The notes: generated by a model from the letters alone, not told the origin. DNA of 64,000 bases from Escherichia coli (GCF_030384885.1 NZ_CP128613.1), one strand, 5' to 3'. Shown: positions 12,330 through 23,881, counted from the first letter of the stretch. Program-made: numbers and translations.

Positions 12330-12869
12330 TCATTTTTTCACGCGTTTTACATTTACCATTTTAGCATTACGCCTGCACCACATGGCAATGGCGGCAGCTA
12401 CTAATGCCAGTTCCAGTAAAAACGACCAGTGTAATAAAAAATTGAGCCACCACGGATGATGTACCGCCGTAATATGAAAGAGTGCAAAGGGTTGGTTAAC
12501 GAAAGGCATCAACCACCAGATATCACCGACCAGCGTATCAAGCAACAAATGCACAATACCATTCAGGCAAAACACCACGCCCAGCCACGCCGGAAGTTTA
12601 TTCTTCGCAATTGCGGCCCAGACTAATGTCGCCGCCAGCAGAGCAAACCATAATAATGGCCAATGAGACGGGTAAAGATGATGATGTCGTTGCCCGTTAT
12701 CCACCAGATAACACCAGAAGAGATCAAAATCGGGTGCAACGGCCCCGACTAAGCCAATAACCATCGCCCACCGCGCATGACGAGAAATCAGCGGTAGGCG
12801 TTTCACTAAAGTACAAGTTATTAAATATCCAGCCGGAAGATGACCGATAAACATGACGAATCCTTTCAT
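12330..12869 (-). CDS. Putative membrane-bound metal-dependent hydrolase-like protein (His-rich, multi-TM; YdjM/DUF457-like), distal gene of the rtcB-prfH unit
   Basis: 179 aa with HHHLYPSHW and HITAVHHPWW motifs in hydrophobic context; begins 48 bp after the prfH stop on the same strand. Confidence 0.45.
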   Translation of the reverse strand: MKGFVMFIGHLPAGYLITCTLVKRLPLISRHARWAMVIGLVGAVAPDFDLFWCYLVDNGQRHHHLYPSHWPLLWFALLAATLVWAAIAKNKLPAWLGVVFCLNGIVHLLLDTLVGDIWWLMPFVNQPFALFHITAVHHPWWLNFLLHWSFLLELALVAAAIAMWCRRNAKMVNVKRVKK

Positions 12870-12916
12870 TTTTGCCCGCCGCTTTCACGAAGAAAACGGC
12901 GGGTGACATTCCTCTA

Positions 12917-13531
12917 TTACACAGCGATAAAAGCCATCCCTGTAAACGTCCGTCGCGGGTTGCCACGTTCAATCTGGTGATGGAACATTCGCCGCTGCGA
13001 TTTCAGCGCCGCGCTATTTTCCTGTCGCTGTTGTTCCAGCTTCCAGGCAATCAGTAATCGCGCCAGCCGTTTGTTAGCATGCTGGCTGCGCTCTGACTGA
13101 ACCTTCACGCTAATCCCGGATGCCAGATGCGTGGCGCGTACCGCCGAGTCGGTTTTATTGACATGTTGACCGCCCGGCCCCGACGAACGCAGCGTCTCAT
13201 AATGGATCGCATCGGATTGCTCCTGCTCATCTGAAGTAAAACGCCCAATGCCCAGAAACCAGTTTTTGCGCCCATGATGAGGGCGATACGGACTCGGACA
13301 AATCCACTGGATAGTGCCACACCAGCTTTCGCTTAGTGCCCATGCGTTGTCGCCATCAAGTGAAACCAGCGCCGAACGCAGTGTGTCAGAGTAGCGACCC
13401 GTTTCTGTTTCCAGCACCGTTACCGCGACGTCTTGTCGGGCAGCTTCTTTAATCAGCCTGTCCAGTGCCTTTTTCACTGCGAGACAACATTCTTCCGGCC
13501 CCTGAGCTGAGGAGAGTTGTAGCAAGATCAT
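12917..13531 (-). CDS. prfH: Peptide chain release factor homologue PrfH (full-length, GGQ motif present)
   Basis: ORF 12917..13615; likely start [16 protein letters not shown] (204 aa) overlapping the rtcB stop (ATGA); contains [16 protein letters not shown]. Confidence 0.9.
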   Translation of the reverse strand: MILLQLSSAQGPEECCLAVKKALDRLIKEAARQDVAVTVLETETGRYSDTLRSALVSLDGDNAWALSESWCGTIQWICPSPYRPHHGRKNWFLGIGRFTSDEQEQSDAIHYETLRSSGPGGQHVNKTDSAVRATHLASGISVKVQSERSQHANKRLARLLIAWKLEQQRQENSAALKSQRRMFHHQIERGNPRRTFTGMAFIAV

Positions 13532-14667
13532 CCTTTTTTCCCTCCACTGTTTTTGAGCGTCAGCACCGGACGCAGTCGCGCGACAGGAATAATTAAACCG
13601 GCCTGCACCAGACATTGCACCACACTTTCAGCCGATTTATAGGCTTGTGGCGCTTCTTCAAAGATGAGTTGTTTATCGCGACAAATTACCCGACTGCCAA
13701 GTTCAGTACGTGAGAGTTGCGTCGCCGTGTGTTTCGCTGCCAGACGCCCTTTACACTCGGTGCGCCCCCATTTACGCCCTGCCCCATGCGCCAGCGAGTG
13801 GAGCGTTTTTTCGTTCGCAACAGGCTTAACCAGCCAGGAGTAATCACCGCGTGAACCGGGAATAATCACCAGACCGTTGTCATCCGGCGTAGCCCCTTTA
13901 CGGTGTAACCATCCTTGTTGATCGCCGATTCGACATGCGCTAACAAAGTTATGCGCCACATCCAGAACCGAATTTCCGTTGGCCTTAACTTGTTGCATTA
14001 TGCGCAAAGCGATCAGCTGGCGATTAATACGCGCAAACGCCAGCGCATCGTCATGTTCCGCAATATACCGTAGCGCGTCGTCACTGCCTTGAGGCAAACC
14101 ATGATGCGAAAACGAGGCAATATGCCGCTGTAAAATAGACTGCCCCAGCCCCCTCGAGCCGCTATGAACCAGCAGTTGCAGATGCTGCGCATCCAGACCT
14201 GCCAGTGCAAACAGTTCCGCGTCGATGATTTGATCAACTTTTTGCAGTTCTGCGAAGTGGTTTCCGCCACCGATAGAGCCAAGCGCGCAGCGCCACGGAT
14301 GCTGTGCAAACGCTGACGGCAGGTTTTCCTCCAGCCAGCTTTCTTCAGCAACGTCATCCAGCGCAGATAATCGCTTTTCAAACTTATCGGCGTTGTATTT
14401 ACGCGCGAGAATATCTGTTTGCCATAGCGCCATGCCGCAGCCGATATCATTGCCGACCAGTGCCGGGTAAAAACGGCCTACGGAGAAGAACGCTGCGCCA
14501 ATCGGATAGCCGCGTCCGGGGTGTAAATCTGGCATCCCTACTACGCGTTGCATGTCGGGTAAATTTGCCGAGGTGTGTAATTGTTGGATCGCTGAACTCT
14601 CGATCCACAGGTCATCAGATGCGATGGTAAATACCGCATCGGATAAGGGACGAATATATTTGCCCAT
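13528..14667 (-). CDS. rtcB: RtcB-family RNA ligase paralogue (RtcB2), full length
   Basis: 379 aa with His/Cys metal-ligand pattern (GNDIGCGMA...NHF...HSGSRG...HNF); translationally coupled to prfH. Confidence 0.85.
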   Translation of the reverse strand: MGKYIRPLSDAVFTIASDDLWIESSAIQQLHTSANLPDMQRVVGMPDLHPGRGYPIGAAFFSVGRFYPALVGNDIGCGMALWQTDILARKYNADKFEKRLSALDDVAEESWLEENLPSAFAQHPWRCALGSIGGGNHFAELQKVDQIIDAELFALAGLDAQHLQLLVHSGSRGLGQSILQRHIASFSHHGLPQGSDDALRYIAEHDDALAFARINRQLIALRIMQQVKANGNSVLDVAHNFVSACRIGDQQGWLHRKGATPDDNGLVIIPGSRGDYSWLVKPVANEKTLHSLAHGAGRKWGRTECKGRLAAKHTATQLSRTELGSRVICRDKQLIFEEAPQAYKSAESVVQCLVQAGLIIPVARLRPVLTLKNSGGKKG

Positions 14668-14984
14668 GTATCATTCCATTTATACTCGTCATACTTCAAG
14701 TTGCATGTACTGCGACTGCGTTCGTTCACCCCAGTCACTTACTTTAGTAAGCTCCTGGGGATTCACTCGCTTGTCGCCTTCCTGCAACTCGAATTATTTA
14801 GAGTATATAAATATAAAAATCAAGAAATGGCAGACGAATCCAGGGCAAGAAAAAAAGAATTAATCCTGGAAAGGTCTGCAAAGAGTCATTGATAAAGGAT
14901 TTTTCATGATTTACCTCCTTGCAGTTTGTGGAATAAGAAAACGCGCACATATTAGGCGGGCGTTATTTTCATTGCAAGCTGGAT

Positions 14985-15437
14985 TTAGTGTTGCGGTTTA
15001 TATCGCATATGAAAATTAGTAAACCACGCTCCCCGGCATTCAACGCGCTGCTGCTTAACTGTCTGAAAACCATAACGTTCAAAAAAGGGTTTTGCGGTTA
15101 TGCTGGCATCTACCGTAAGTTCGGATTCAGACTTAATCAAAGGTTTTAACAAAGCGCTGGCAACCCCGCAGCGGTTGTATTTCGGATCAACAAATAACAT
15201 ATCGATATAATGCTCAATGCAGGTAATAAAGCCGACCAGTTGTGTATTAATAACCGCAACCCGCACTTGTGATTTCGCGAGTTTCTCTTTCCATCGATGT
15301 TCATCAATCTGCGCCCAGGCGGCAATTTGTTGTGGTGAATAATGCTGACTAGCGGTCATCGTAACCGCTCTAATAAAAATAGCGCATAGTTGCTGAAAAT
15401 CGCCAGGCTGATAGTTCCTTATTTGTATATTATTCAT
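14985..15437 (-). CDS. yafP: GNAT-family N-acetyltransferase YafP
   Basis: 150 aa, [17 protein letters not shown]...; 4-nt overlap with the dinB stop. Confidence 0.85.
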   Translation of the reverse strand: MNNIQIRNYQPGDFQQLCAIFIRAVTMTASQHYSPQQIAAWAQIDEHRWKEKLAKSQVRVAVINTQLVGFITCIEHYIDMLFVDPKYNRCGVASALLKPLIKSESELTVDASITAKPFFERYGFQTVKQQRVECRGAWFTNFHMRYKPQH

Positions 15438-16489
15438 AATCCCAGCACCAGTTGTCTTTCCATTTGCGGATCAAGCAACGTCACATGCAGCCCCACCAGT
15501 CGCACACCGCGCCCGCCACGGCGTTCATCCCAGGTTTTACGCGCAGTGGCGATCAAGTCAGCTTTATTCAGCCGCGGCCAGACGTGTTCCTGGGTGGTTT
15601 GCTGAAAATCGTCGAACTTTAATTTCACCCCCTGGCGGGCAATCAGTAAATCAGGTTTTACCTTTGCCAGACGACGTTCAAGTTCCGGGTACAACCGCTC
15701 GATGATCGCTTCACATTCAGACCAGTGATGAATATCTTCCGCCATCGTGCGTTCTACACCGACGGATTTTCGCAACCTTTCGCTGTTAACGTCGCGCTCG
15801 TCAATGCCCTGACTACGCTCCCACAAAATGCGGCCAAATTTGCCAAAGCGTTTAAGCAATGTCACCAGATCACACTTTTGTACATCGCCGCAGGTTCGTA
15901 GCCCCATCGCTTCCAGTTTTGCCGCCGAGACTTTGCCGACACCGGGAATTTTTGCCAGCGGTAAGGTTTGCAGAAATGCCGGAACTTCTGCTGGCGTAAT
16001 CACAAACTGACCGTTGGGTTTATTCATGTCTGAGGCGATTTTGGCGAGAAACTTGACCGGCGCAACGCCCGCAGACGCCGTCAGTTGCAGCTCGTTGAAG
16101 ATCGTCTGGCGGATTTCCTGAGCGATAAGGGTCGCAGAGCCGTGGCAATGGACACTATCGGTGACGTCGAGATAGGCTTCATCCAGTGACAGCGGCTCAA
16201 TACGCGATGTGTAGCGAGAGAAGATTTCGCGGATATGATTTGACGCTTCTTTGTAGGCGTCAAAGCGCCCTGGAAGCAAGGTGAGATGCGGACACAGTTT
16301 GAGCGCCATGCCGGTTGGCATTGCGCTACGCACGCCAAATTTACGCGCAGGATAATTGGCGGTGCTGATCACCCCCCGGCGTTCGCGGCTGCCGCCAATA
16401 GCAATAGGGATATCGCGCAGGGCGGGATTGTCGCGCATCTCCACCGCGGCGAAAAAGCAGTCCATATCCACATGAATGATTTTACGCAT
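15434..16489 (-). CDS. dinB: DNA polymerase IV (Y-family translesion polymerase)
   Basis: 351 aa, [33 protein letters not shown]... Confidence 0.95.
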   Translation of the reverse strand: MRKIIHVDMDCFFAAVEMRDNPALRDIPIAIGGSRERRGVISTANYPARKFGVRSAMPTGMALKLCPHLTLLPGRFDAYKEASNHIREIFSRYTSRIEPLSLDEAYLDVTDSVHCHGSATLIAQEIRQTIFNELQLTASAGVAPVKFLAKIASDMNKPNGQFVITPAEVPAFLQTLPLAKIPGVGKVSAAKLEAMGLRTCGDVQKCDLVTLLKRFGKFGRILWERSQGIDERDVNSERLRKSVGVERTMAEDIHHWSECEAIIERLYPELERRLAKVKPDLLIARQGVKLKFDDFQQTTQEHVWPRLNKADLIATARKTWDERRGGRGVRLVGLHVTLLDPQMERQLVLGL

Positions 16490-16505
16490 TGCTCACCTCT
16501 CAATA

Positions 16506-16521
16506 CTGGTAAAGTATACAG
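16506..16521. promoter_or_regulatory. LexA (SOS) box upstream of dinB
   Basis: CTGGTAAAGTATACAG, i.e. CTG-N10-CAG palindrome, 17 bp upstream of the dinB start codon. Confidence 0.75.
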
Positions 16522-16559
16522 TGATTTCAGAGTTTGAGAAATGCGTAAAGATTCAGCAT

Positions 16560-17138
16560 TTAACGCGTTCGCTGCGAAAGCACCTGCTGCTTATCCAGCT
16601 TTTTCACCAACGGCTGCACCACTTTATCGCCATGCTGACCAAAATATTGATACAACGTATCGGACGCGCTTTTGGTGAGCACCATAATCTCAATGCGCCG
16701 ATTGCCCGCGCTTTGTGGATTTTTGGCATCCAGCAGCATCTGGTCCGCCATTGCGCTCACCCGCGCTTCGCCCTGTAACACCGGCTGCAACTGGCGGTCC
16801 ACCGCGCCGCCGGAAAGTGCGGTGCGTTTGTCCAGCATCTGCGTGAGCGCCGTACCCTGCGCCTGCCCGCTCTTACGCTGGCTATGACGATAATCGAGCA
16901 ATTGCTGCTCCAGTTGCCCGAGATAGTGATCCGCCTGCTGCAACGTGGTGAGCTGATCGTTAAGCTGCACGCTGTAACGCTGCGGGCGAGTGGTAATCAG
17001 CGGCGAGGCCGGATATTCACTCGCCGTCGCCGGGAGCTTTTGCCGCACCGCCTGAGTGGGCGCAACGGTTGACGACGATACCGCAGCGCTATGCGCGCCG
17101 CCGGTGGCGAGTGATGAAGATGTAAGTCCGACCTGCAT
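16560..17138 (-). pseudogene. lafU: Remnant of lateral-flagellar MotB-like gene (lafU); only the C-terminal OmpA-like tail is recognisable
   Basis: 192-aa ORF ending ...AKNPQSAGNRRIEIMVL (OmpA/MotB tail) but N-terminal region low-complexity with no TM anchor; sits between lfgL and dinB where the laf cluster would be. Confidence 0.4.
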
Positions 17139-17154
17139 ACTGTTCCTGAAAGAG

Positions 17155-18108
17155 TTAGAGAACGCTGAACAAATTCAACTCACTCACCTTCGAGTAAGTC
17201 TTGAGGGTAGCTTCCATTGCCACTTCCAGTCCGGTAAAGGTGATCGACGCCGGGCCGTAATCGAGATCCTGCAATGAACCAATCAACTCATCATTAGAGG
17301 TAGAGATATCGGTCTGCGCATCGCTCAGCATCGACATGGTGTTTTGTGTCTCGCCGAGCGACGCAATCGAGGCGTTGAGGTCGTCCGAGGCGGTGTCCAC
17401 CACATTAACGGCGTTTTGAATATCGCTTTGTACCTGCGGATCTGCCGGGTCAACGTTAGGGTTTTGCAACTCCTGCGACAGGGCATTGAGCGTGTTGAGC
17501 ACATCTAAATTGCTGCCAAAGAAATCGCTCGCCGCCACGTTGGTGTCTACTTCGACGCCGTTCGACACCGTAGTCTGGCGATGGTCGCTGTTACCCTGAT
17601 AGCTGTAGCGATCGGTCACGCCATCACCGTCATCGTCCACCGCCACAATCGGCGGTTGATCGTTGATAGTGCCGCCAAAGACGTAATGCCCGTCTTCATC
17701 CTGATAGTTGAGCGCCGCCACCATCGATTCGGTTAGCGACTCAATATCCTGACCGAGGCTTGCCAGCGAATCGGCGGTATTGGTGCCGTTCGCTGCTTCC
17801 AGCAGGTCGTCGCGCACCGCCAGCAGGCTGTTGTTGACGCCATCAAGAATGGATTCCTGCTGGCTTAAGCCCGCCGACGCGGAGTCGATATTGCTCTGAT
17901 ACTGCTCAATCGCCGACTGCTGGCGGTTCAACTGGGTGATACGTGTGGCGGCGATAGGATCATCCGATGGCTGCAAAATTTCCTTGCCGGTTGCCATCTG
18001 CTCGACCACGTGCGCCAGTTCGCCAGAAAGATTATTAAAACTTTGCGTCATCGAGACGTAGGTTTGTTGGGTGGTTACTCGCATTTTCGCGCTCCCGCTT
18101 AGCTGCAC
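17155..18108 (-). CDS. lfgL: Flagellar hook-associated protein 3 (FlgL homologue), Flag-2
   Basis: 317 aa, flagellin-like N/C termini; follows lfgK. Confidence 0.8.
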   Translation of the reverse strand: MQLSGSAKMRVTTQQTYVSMTQSFNNLSGELAHVVEQMATGKEILQPSDDPIAATRITQLNRQQSAIEQYQSNIDSASAGLSQQESILDGVNNSLLAVRDDLLEAANGTNTADSLASLGQDIESLTESMVAALNYQDEDGHYVFGGTINDQPPIVAVDDDGDGVTDRYSYQGNSDHRQTTVSNGVEVDTNVAASDFFGSNLDVLNTLNALSQELQNPNVDPADPQVQSDIQNAVNVVDTASDDLNASIASLGETQNTMSMLSDAQTDISTSNDELIGSLQDLDYGPASITFTGLEVAMEATLKTYSKVSELNLFSVL

Positions 18109-19475
18109 ATTTCCAGCACCGAATCAAAAATCTCGGCCCCGGCGGAAATGACTTTCAGATTGGCTTCATAAATTTGTTGATAGGTGATCAGGTTCACCGC
18201 CTCTTCGTCCATGCTGACGCCGCTGACGCTGCTCTGCTGGTTTTGCGCCTCAGAATAGACATTGGACGCAGCGGTCACTTCGGTCTGGTTTTGCTGAGTG
18301 TAAATGCCAATATTGCTGATGATCGACGAGCACGCTTGCCCGACCGTCACGCTGCCGAGGTTGGCTATCTCCAGCGGCTCAGTGGAGATGTTGATCAGCG
18401 CCTGCAGGTTGTCGCTGTTGCCGCTTTCGTCCGGCGAACTGGAGAACGCCAGTTCATCGGCGGTGATATCCGGGTTAACGGTCAGCGGGCCATCGGCATT
18501 ACTGGCATCGTAAATAAACAGCGGCTCGCCGGGGTTACCGTTGAGATCATAGCCCTGCGCCAGCTGATTGTTGACCGCATCGGCGAACTGCGACGCCATG
18601 CTGTTGATGGTGTCGGTCAGCGGCGTCAGCACGTCGTTTTGATAATCAAAAAGTGCGCCTAATGAACCGCCGGTATCGGTGGTCATGGTCGAGGTCGTTC
18701 CGGCAAAGGTCAGTGTCATCGTTGGCGTGCCATCGGCGTTGGTTTCCAGCGCGATGGTCGAACTTTGCTGCCCGCTCACCAGCGGCTGACCGTTTTGCAG
18801 GGTGACGTTGTAGTTGCCCTGGTCGTCGATATTGACCTGCACATCCATCATTCCGCTGAGTTCTTCCACCATCTGATCACGAGCGTCATACAGCGCGGAG
18901 GCGTTATCACCGTTGGCTTCGGCCTGGGCGATTTGCTGGTTATAGCTGGCGATGCCGCTGGTGAGCGTATTGATTTGCGACACCATCGCCTGCTGCTGGC
19001 TGATGATTTCTGTGCTTTGCGAGTCGATGTAATCGAGCGTGTTATCGATACGCAACGACAGCGCCCCGGCTTCGCTGATCACCTGCTCGCGCAGGGCAGA
19101 ATCATCGGGGCTGGTGGTCGCTTCGTTGAGGGCCGCGAAAAAGTTATCGAACCCGCCGCTCAGGCTACTGTTATCGTCGCTCAATACCGCTTCCAGTTGC
19201 GTGAGATACCCTTGCTGGGTGTTGTAATAGCCGTAATCGCTGGCGGCATACCACACCTGATTCACCTGATACTGGTTGGAGACGCGACGAATGCTGTCCA
19301 CCTGTACACCGTTTCCGGCGCTGTTCGGCGAACCGCCGCTGGCACCGATGGTGCTGATCTCCGCCACCTGGCGGGTGTAGCCCGTGGTCATGGCGTTAGC
19401 GGTGTTTTGCGCCGTGACGTTCAGCTCCACCTGCGCCGTTGATGCGCCGCTGTAGCCGATGTTAATCATGTCCAT
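18099..19475 (-). CDS. lfgK: Flagellar hook-associated protein 1 (FlgK homologue), Flag-2
   Basis: 458 aa, MDMINIGYSGASTAQVELNVTAQNTANAMTTGYTRQ... and conserved C-terminus. Confidence 0.85.
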   Translation of the reverse strand: MDMINIGYSGASTAQVELNVTAQNTANAMTTGYTRQVAEISTIGASGGSPNSAGNGVQVDSIRRVSNQYQVNQVWYAASDYGYYNTQQGYLTQLEAVLSDDNSSLSGGFDNFFAALNEATTSPDDSALREQVISEAGALSLRIDNTLDYIDSQSTEIISQQQAMVSQINTLTSGIASYNQQIAQAEANGDNASALYDARDQMVEELSGMMDVQVNIDDQGNYNVTLQNGQPLVSGQQSSTIALETNADGTPTMTLTFAGTTSTMTTDTGGSLGALFDYQNDVLTPLTDTINSMASQFADAVNNQLAQGYDLNGNPGEPLFIYDASNADGPLTVNPDITADELAFSSSPDESGNSDNLQALINISTEPLEIANLGSVTVGQACSSIISNIGIYTQQNQTEVTAASNVYSEAQNQQSSVSGVSMDEEAVNLITYQQIYEANLKVISAGAEIFDSVLEMCS

Positions 19476-19544
19476 GTTGGATCCTTACCGGTAAATCGTG
19501 CCGGATAAAAGCGGCGTGAAGTTGGGGATTCTTAAGTTCCGTAA

Positions 19545-19885
<341 letters not shown>

Positions 19886-19896
19886 ACGTCGGAGCC

Positions 19897-20196
19897 TCAT
19901 TTATGCTTCGGCGACAACTGCTTCACAATCATCGCCGCGATCCCTATCCCGTGCTGCTGCGCCAGGGTGTTACACAACTCATCGTCATAAAACCCCTGCA
20001 TCATGCGCACCGAATCGCTGTTAAATGGGTTATCTTTCGAATCAAACAACTCGTTGGTTTTACGCATCTCTTTCAGCATGTTGCGTAAAAAAATCGCCTC
20101 AAACTGTTCGGCGGCCTGCTTAATATCATTGGCCTGAACCTTCGGCCCCATTAACGCATCGCTGCCGTCAATCCCGCCGCTGGCGTTGACTTTCAT
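19897..20196 (-). CDS. lfgJ: FlgJ-like rod-binding protein (N-terminal domain only, no muramidase domain), Flag-2
   Basis: 99 aa, ...AAEQFEAIFLRNMLKEMRKT...; position after flgI. Confidence 0.75.
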   Translation of the reverse strand: MKVNASGGIDGSDALMGPKVQANDIKQAAEQFEAIFLRNMLKEMRKTNELFDSKDNPFNSDSVRMMQGFYDDELCNTLAQQHGIGIAAMIVKQLSPKHK

Positions 20197-21311
20197 CAGA
20201 TCACCTCCAGGTCGGCATCCAGCGCGCCCGCTTCATGCAGCGCCTGCAAAATCGACATAATGTCGTCCGGCGTTGCGCCTAAACTGTTCAGCGCATTGAC
20301 CAGCGTTTTCAGGCTGCTCGACTCCGGCAAACTCACCACGCCCGGACGGGCATGATTCACCGCGATATTGCTCTGCGGCGTTACCGCCGTACGCCCGCCC
20401 GCAAAGGCATTCGGCTGGCTGACGTTGCTGGTTTCGTTAATTGAGACGGTCAGGCTGCCGTGCGACACCGCCGCCGCGTGCAGCGCGATGCCATCGCCCA
20501 TCACCACCGTACCGGTACGCGAGTTAAACACCACGCGGGCGCGGATTTTCTCCGCCTGCACCTGCACATCATCCAGTTGCGACATAAACGCCACCCGCGC
20601 GCCGGGGCTGGTGGGCGCACGCACGGTGACGTTGGTGGAACTCTGCGCCGTGGCAATGCCGCCAAACGAAGCGTTGATCGCCGCCGCAATGTTGTTGGCG
20701 TCTTTAAACGACGGGCGTTTCAGGTTAAGCGTGATGGTGTCGCCCATCTGAAAATCGCTGGGGATTTCGCGCTCCACCGTCGCGCCATTGGGGATTAACC
20801 CGGCGGTCGGCGTATTAACCGTTACGCTCGAGCCGCTGGCCCCGGTGGCATTCATCCCGCCCACCACCACACTTCCCTGCGCCAGGGCATACACTTCGCC
20901 ATCTGCGCCGTGCAACTGGGTCAGCAGCAAGGTGCCGCCGCGAATACTTTTGGCATCGCCAATCGACGAGACGGTGACATCAATAGTCTGCCCACGCGAG
21001 TACATCGGCGGCAACGTGGCGCTCACCGCCACCGCGGCGACGTTTTTCACCTTCGGGTCGATTTTATTTGGCAACTGCACGCCAAACTGGCGCAGCATAT
21101 TGGTGATGGTCTGGTTGGTGAATTTGACCTGGTTTTTATCGCCCGTACCGTCGAGGCCGACCACCAGGCTGTAGCCGACCAGTTGGTTTTCACGCACGCC
21201 CTGTACGTTGACCAGCGACTCCAGCGATTGCGCCAGCGCCACGCCAGGTAGCGCCAGGCTTACGGCTACCATCACCGTTTTTATCCAGTTTTGCATTGCA
21301 CTCTCCGGCAT
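20196..21311 (-). CDS. lfgI: Flagellar P-ring protein (FlgI homologue), Flag-2
   Basis: 371 aa with signal peptide; synteny. Confidence 0.9.
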   Translation of the reverse strand: MPESAMQNWIKTVMVAVSLALPGVALAQSLESLVNVQGVRENQLVGYSLVVGLDGTGDKNQVKFTNQTITNMLRQFGVQLPNKIDPKVKNVAAVAVSATLPPMYSRGQTIDVTVSSIGDAKSIRGGTLLLTQLHGADGEVYALAQGSVVVGGMNATGASGSSVTVNTPTAGLIPNGATVEREIPSDFQMGDTITLNLKRPSFKDANNIAAAINASFGGIATAQSSTNVTVRAPTSPGARVAFMSQLDDVQVQAEKIRARVVFNSRTGTVVMGDGIALHAAAVSHGSLTVSINETSNVSQPNAFAGGRTAVTPQSNIAVNHARPGVVSLPESSSLKTLVNALNSLGATPDDIMSILQALHEAGALDADLEVI

Positions 21312-21976
21312 TAAATCGGGAACAGAGGATGGTTAAACAGCCGGGTCAGCCAGCCTGCGGCGTTGGCGTCGCTTAACGCGCCACGTCCGGCATAGGAGAT
21401 ACGGGCGTCGGCGATCCGCTGGGAAGAAACCGAGTTGTCATTCTGGATATCGTCGGCGCGCACCAGGCCGCTTAAGCGGATGTACTCATCGCCCTGATTG
21501 AGGGTGAGCCATTTCTCGCCGCGAATTTCCAGGATGCCGTTGGGCTGCACCGCATGGACGGAAACAGTGATCTCCCCGCGCAGACTGTTCTGCTGCTGGG
21601 ACGTGGCGCTGCCGTCAAAGTCGCGGTTGGCGTCGATGGAGCCGGAGAGGTTATTTTTGGTGTGACCAAATACCGTTGGCGCGGTGATATCGACGCTGTT
21701 GCTTTTGCCGAAATTGGTTTTCGCCTGTTTGCTCGACTGGGTCGATTCTTCGAGGATCACCGTCAGGATATCGCCCACGCGATAAGCCCGCCGATCGGCG
21801 GTTAGCGACCAGTTGTAGCCCGTTTCAAACACGCCCCCGGCACGCCCGTCTGCCGGAGGCGGCGCTTCGGTTTTCGGTGGCGCAAAGTATGCGTCGTCTT
21901 TTTTGACCAGAATGGCCTGCGATTCACACCCGCTAAGCAGGGGAAGCAGCGCCACCAGCCAGAGATAATTTTTCAC
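21311..21976 (-). CDS. lfgH: Flagellar L-ring lipoprotein (FlgH homologue), Flag-2
   Basis: 221 aa, lipobox LLSGC; synteny. Confidence 0.9.
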   Translation of the reverse strand: MKNYLWLVALLPLLSGCESQAILVKKDDAYFAPPKTEAPPPADGRAGGVFETGYNWSLTADRRAYRVGDILTVILEESTQSSKQAKTNFGKSNSVDITAPTVFGHTKNNLSGSIDANRDFDGSATSQQQNSLRGEITVSVHAVQPNGILEIRGEKWLTLNQGDEYIRLSGLVRADDIQNDNSVSSQRIADARISYAGRGALSDANAAGWLTRLFNHPLFPI

Positions 21977-22042
21977 GTTCTGCCTGTTTAGTGTTGCAGG
22001 CCACGGGGTGGCCGGTTGTTTGGTGGGTTGGAGCGGGTTTGT

Positions 22043-22158
22043 TCCCCCTCACCCTAACCCTCTCCCCAAAGGGGCGAGGGGACCGATCGAGCGCGTTTTT
22101 ACATCGTGCTCCACTTTTCTCCCTCTCCCTGTGGGAGAGGGCCGGGGTGAGGGCATCA
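22043..22158. repeat. GC-rich composite palindromic element (boxC/RSA-like), copy 1
   Basis: CCCTCACCCTAACCCTCTCCCCAAAGGGGCGAGGGG ... CTCCCTCTCCCTGTGGGAGAGGGCCGGGGTGAGGG; same family as 29281-29393 (inverted) and 48941-48985. Confidence 0.7.
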
Positions 22159-22179
22159 GGCCGCACCGCCCTTAACGCC

Positions 22180-22968
22180 TTACAGCGTCTGACTGATGTA
22201 CTGCAACATATCGTCCGCCGCCGACACCATTTTGGCGTTCATCTCGTAGGCACGTTGCACCGTAATCATCGCCACCATTTCGTTGACGATATCCACGTTC
22301 GAGCCTTCGAGCGCATTGTCCTGCAAGGTGCCAAGCCCATCTTCGCCCGGTACGCCTTCGGTCGGCTGACCGCTGGCGGCGGTTTCCAGATAGAGGTTGT
22401 CACCCTCGGCAGAAAGCCCCGCCGGGTTGGCGAAGTTGACCAGCGTCAGTTGCCCTAACTCGGTCACGTCGCTGTCGCCAGGTAAGATAGCCGTCACCGT
22501 GCCGTCCTCACCAAACGCAACATTCGTCGCCCCCGCCGGAACGTCGATTTCCGGCTGTAACGGCAAGCCCTGCGAGTTGGTCAGCACGCCGTCGGCGTTC
22601 ACCTGCAAGTTGCCGTCGCGGGTATAGGCGATATCGCCGTTGGCCTTTTGCACCTGCAAAAACCCCTGCCCCATAATGGCGACATTCATCGCGTTGTCGG
22701 TGGTTTCGACGTTGCCTTCGGTAAAGGTTTTCTGAGTGCCGACAATGCGCACGCCGCTACCGAATTGCAGCCCGGTCGGCATGATGTTGTTCTGGTCGAG
22801 CATCGCGCCCGGCGCTTCCTGGGTCTGGTAGAACAGATCCTGAAACATCACCCGGTCGCGCTTGAAGCCGGTGGTGTTAACGTTGGCGATGTTGTTGGCA
22901 ATCGCGCTCATTTCAGCATCCTGCGCCGAGAGGCCGGTTTTGCTGATCCATAATGCTGCGTTCATGGT
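22180..22968 (-). CDS. lfgG: Flagellar distal rod protein (FlgG homologue), Flag-2
   Basis: ORF 22180..23088; likely start MNAALWISKTGLSAQDAEMSAIANNIANVNTTGFKRDR. Confidence 0.9.
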   Translation of the reverse strand, partial: TMNAALWISKTGLSAQDAEMSAIANNIANVNTTGFKRDRVMFQDLFYQTQEAPGAMLDQNNIMPTGLQFGSGVRIVGTQKTFTEGNVETTDNAMNVAIMGQGFLQVQKANGDIAYTRDGNLQVNADGVLTNSQGLPLQPEIDVPAGATNVAFGEDGTVTAILPGDSDVTELGQLTLVNFANPAGLSAEGDNLYLETAASGQPTEGVPGEDGLGTLQDNALEGSNVDIVNEMVAMITVQRAYEMNAKMVSAADDMLQYISQTL

Positions 22969-23000
22969 GGTAAATTCCGTGTTATTTTGGGGCCGCGGTT

Positions 23001-23143
<143 letters not shown>

Positions 23144-23881
23144 TTACGAGCCGCGCAATAAGCGGTTGCCCGCGTCGCTGATATCTTCGGCGGTTTTCAT
23201 CATTTTGATCTGCGCTTCAAACTGGCGGTTCATGGCGATGGACGACATCATTTCGCTCACCGCCGAGACGTTGCTGCCCTCGAGAAAACCGCCGCTGACT
23301 TTGATGTTTTCATCACGCTGGGCCGGAACGCCGTCGCTAGTCACCAGCATCCCTTCAGGATTTTTCGCCAGGTTAGCAACCGGGATATCCACCAGCTTCA
23401 GGCGGTCGATATCCATCGTGGCGGTCACGTCACCGTCATCGGGCGTCACCGACAGCGTGCCGTCGCTGCCAAACGAGGCAATGGCGTTCGGCGGCAGAAT
23501 GATCGGGCCGTTATCCCCCAGTACCAGATTGCCGTCGATGGTCAGTTGCCCCTGATCGTCCTGCTGAATGTTGCCGTTGCGGGTATAAACTTCGTTGCCG
23601 TTTTTATCCTGCACCGCAATGTAACCCGCCCCCTGAATCGCCACGTCCAGCGGGCGTTCGGTTTTCTCCGCCACACCCGTGCTGTCGTTCACGCCGCTGG
23701 CCCCTTCCTGCGCCATATAGCGCGTGTCGAAGCCGCCGCCTTTCACCTTGTCGTTGGTCGCCATCGCCATATCGGCGCGAAAACCGTTGGTGTTGACGTT
23801 CGCCAGGTTGTTGGCGCTAATTTGCTGCTCGTACAACGTCTGAGAAGCCCCGCTCAGGGCGGTATAAATCAAGCGATCCAT
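23144..23881 (-). CDS. lfgF: Flagellar proximal rod protein (FlgF homologue), Flag-2
   Basis: 245 aa, MDRLIYTALSGASQTLYEQQISANNLANVNTNGFR. Confidence 0.9.
   Translation of the reverse strand: MDRLIYTALSGASQTLYEQQISANNLANVNTNGFRADMAMATNDKVKGGGFDTRYMAQEGASGVNDSTGVAEKTERPLDVAIQGAGYIAVQDKNGNEVYTRNGNIQQDDQGQLTIDGNLVLGDNGPIILPPNAIASFGSDGTLSVTPDDGDVTATMDIDRLKLVDIPVANLAKNPEGMLVTSDGVPAQRDENIKVSGGFLEGSNVSAVSEMMSSIAMNRQFEAQIKMMKTAEDISDAGNRLLRGS

Noticed and set aside
16560-17138. Calling the 192-aa ORF a functional MotB/LafU
   Set aside because: Only the last ~30 residues resemble an OmpA/MotB domain; no TM anchor or plug region and no MotA partner, so treated as a remnant.
18174-19442. Long plus-strand ORFs (162 aa and 225 aa) within the lfgK region, and similar ones opposite lfhA, lfiF, lfgD and proB
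   Set aside because: Antisense shadow ORFs in GC-rich coding sequence; Arg/Leu/Val/His-rich and they overlap well-supported flagellar genes.
21991-22458. 155-aa ORF (and the 77-aa ORF at 21933..22166, and 29280..29681 / 29207..29464)
   Set aside because: All are read-throughs of the GC-rich palindromic repeat elements and neighbouring antisense sequence; translations are Pro/Arg/Gly-rich and not protein-like.
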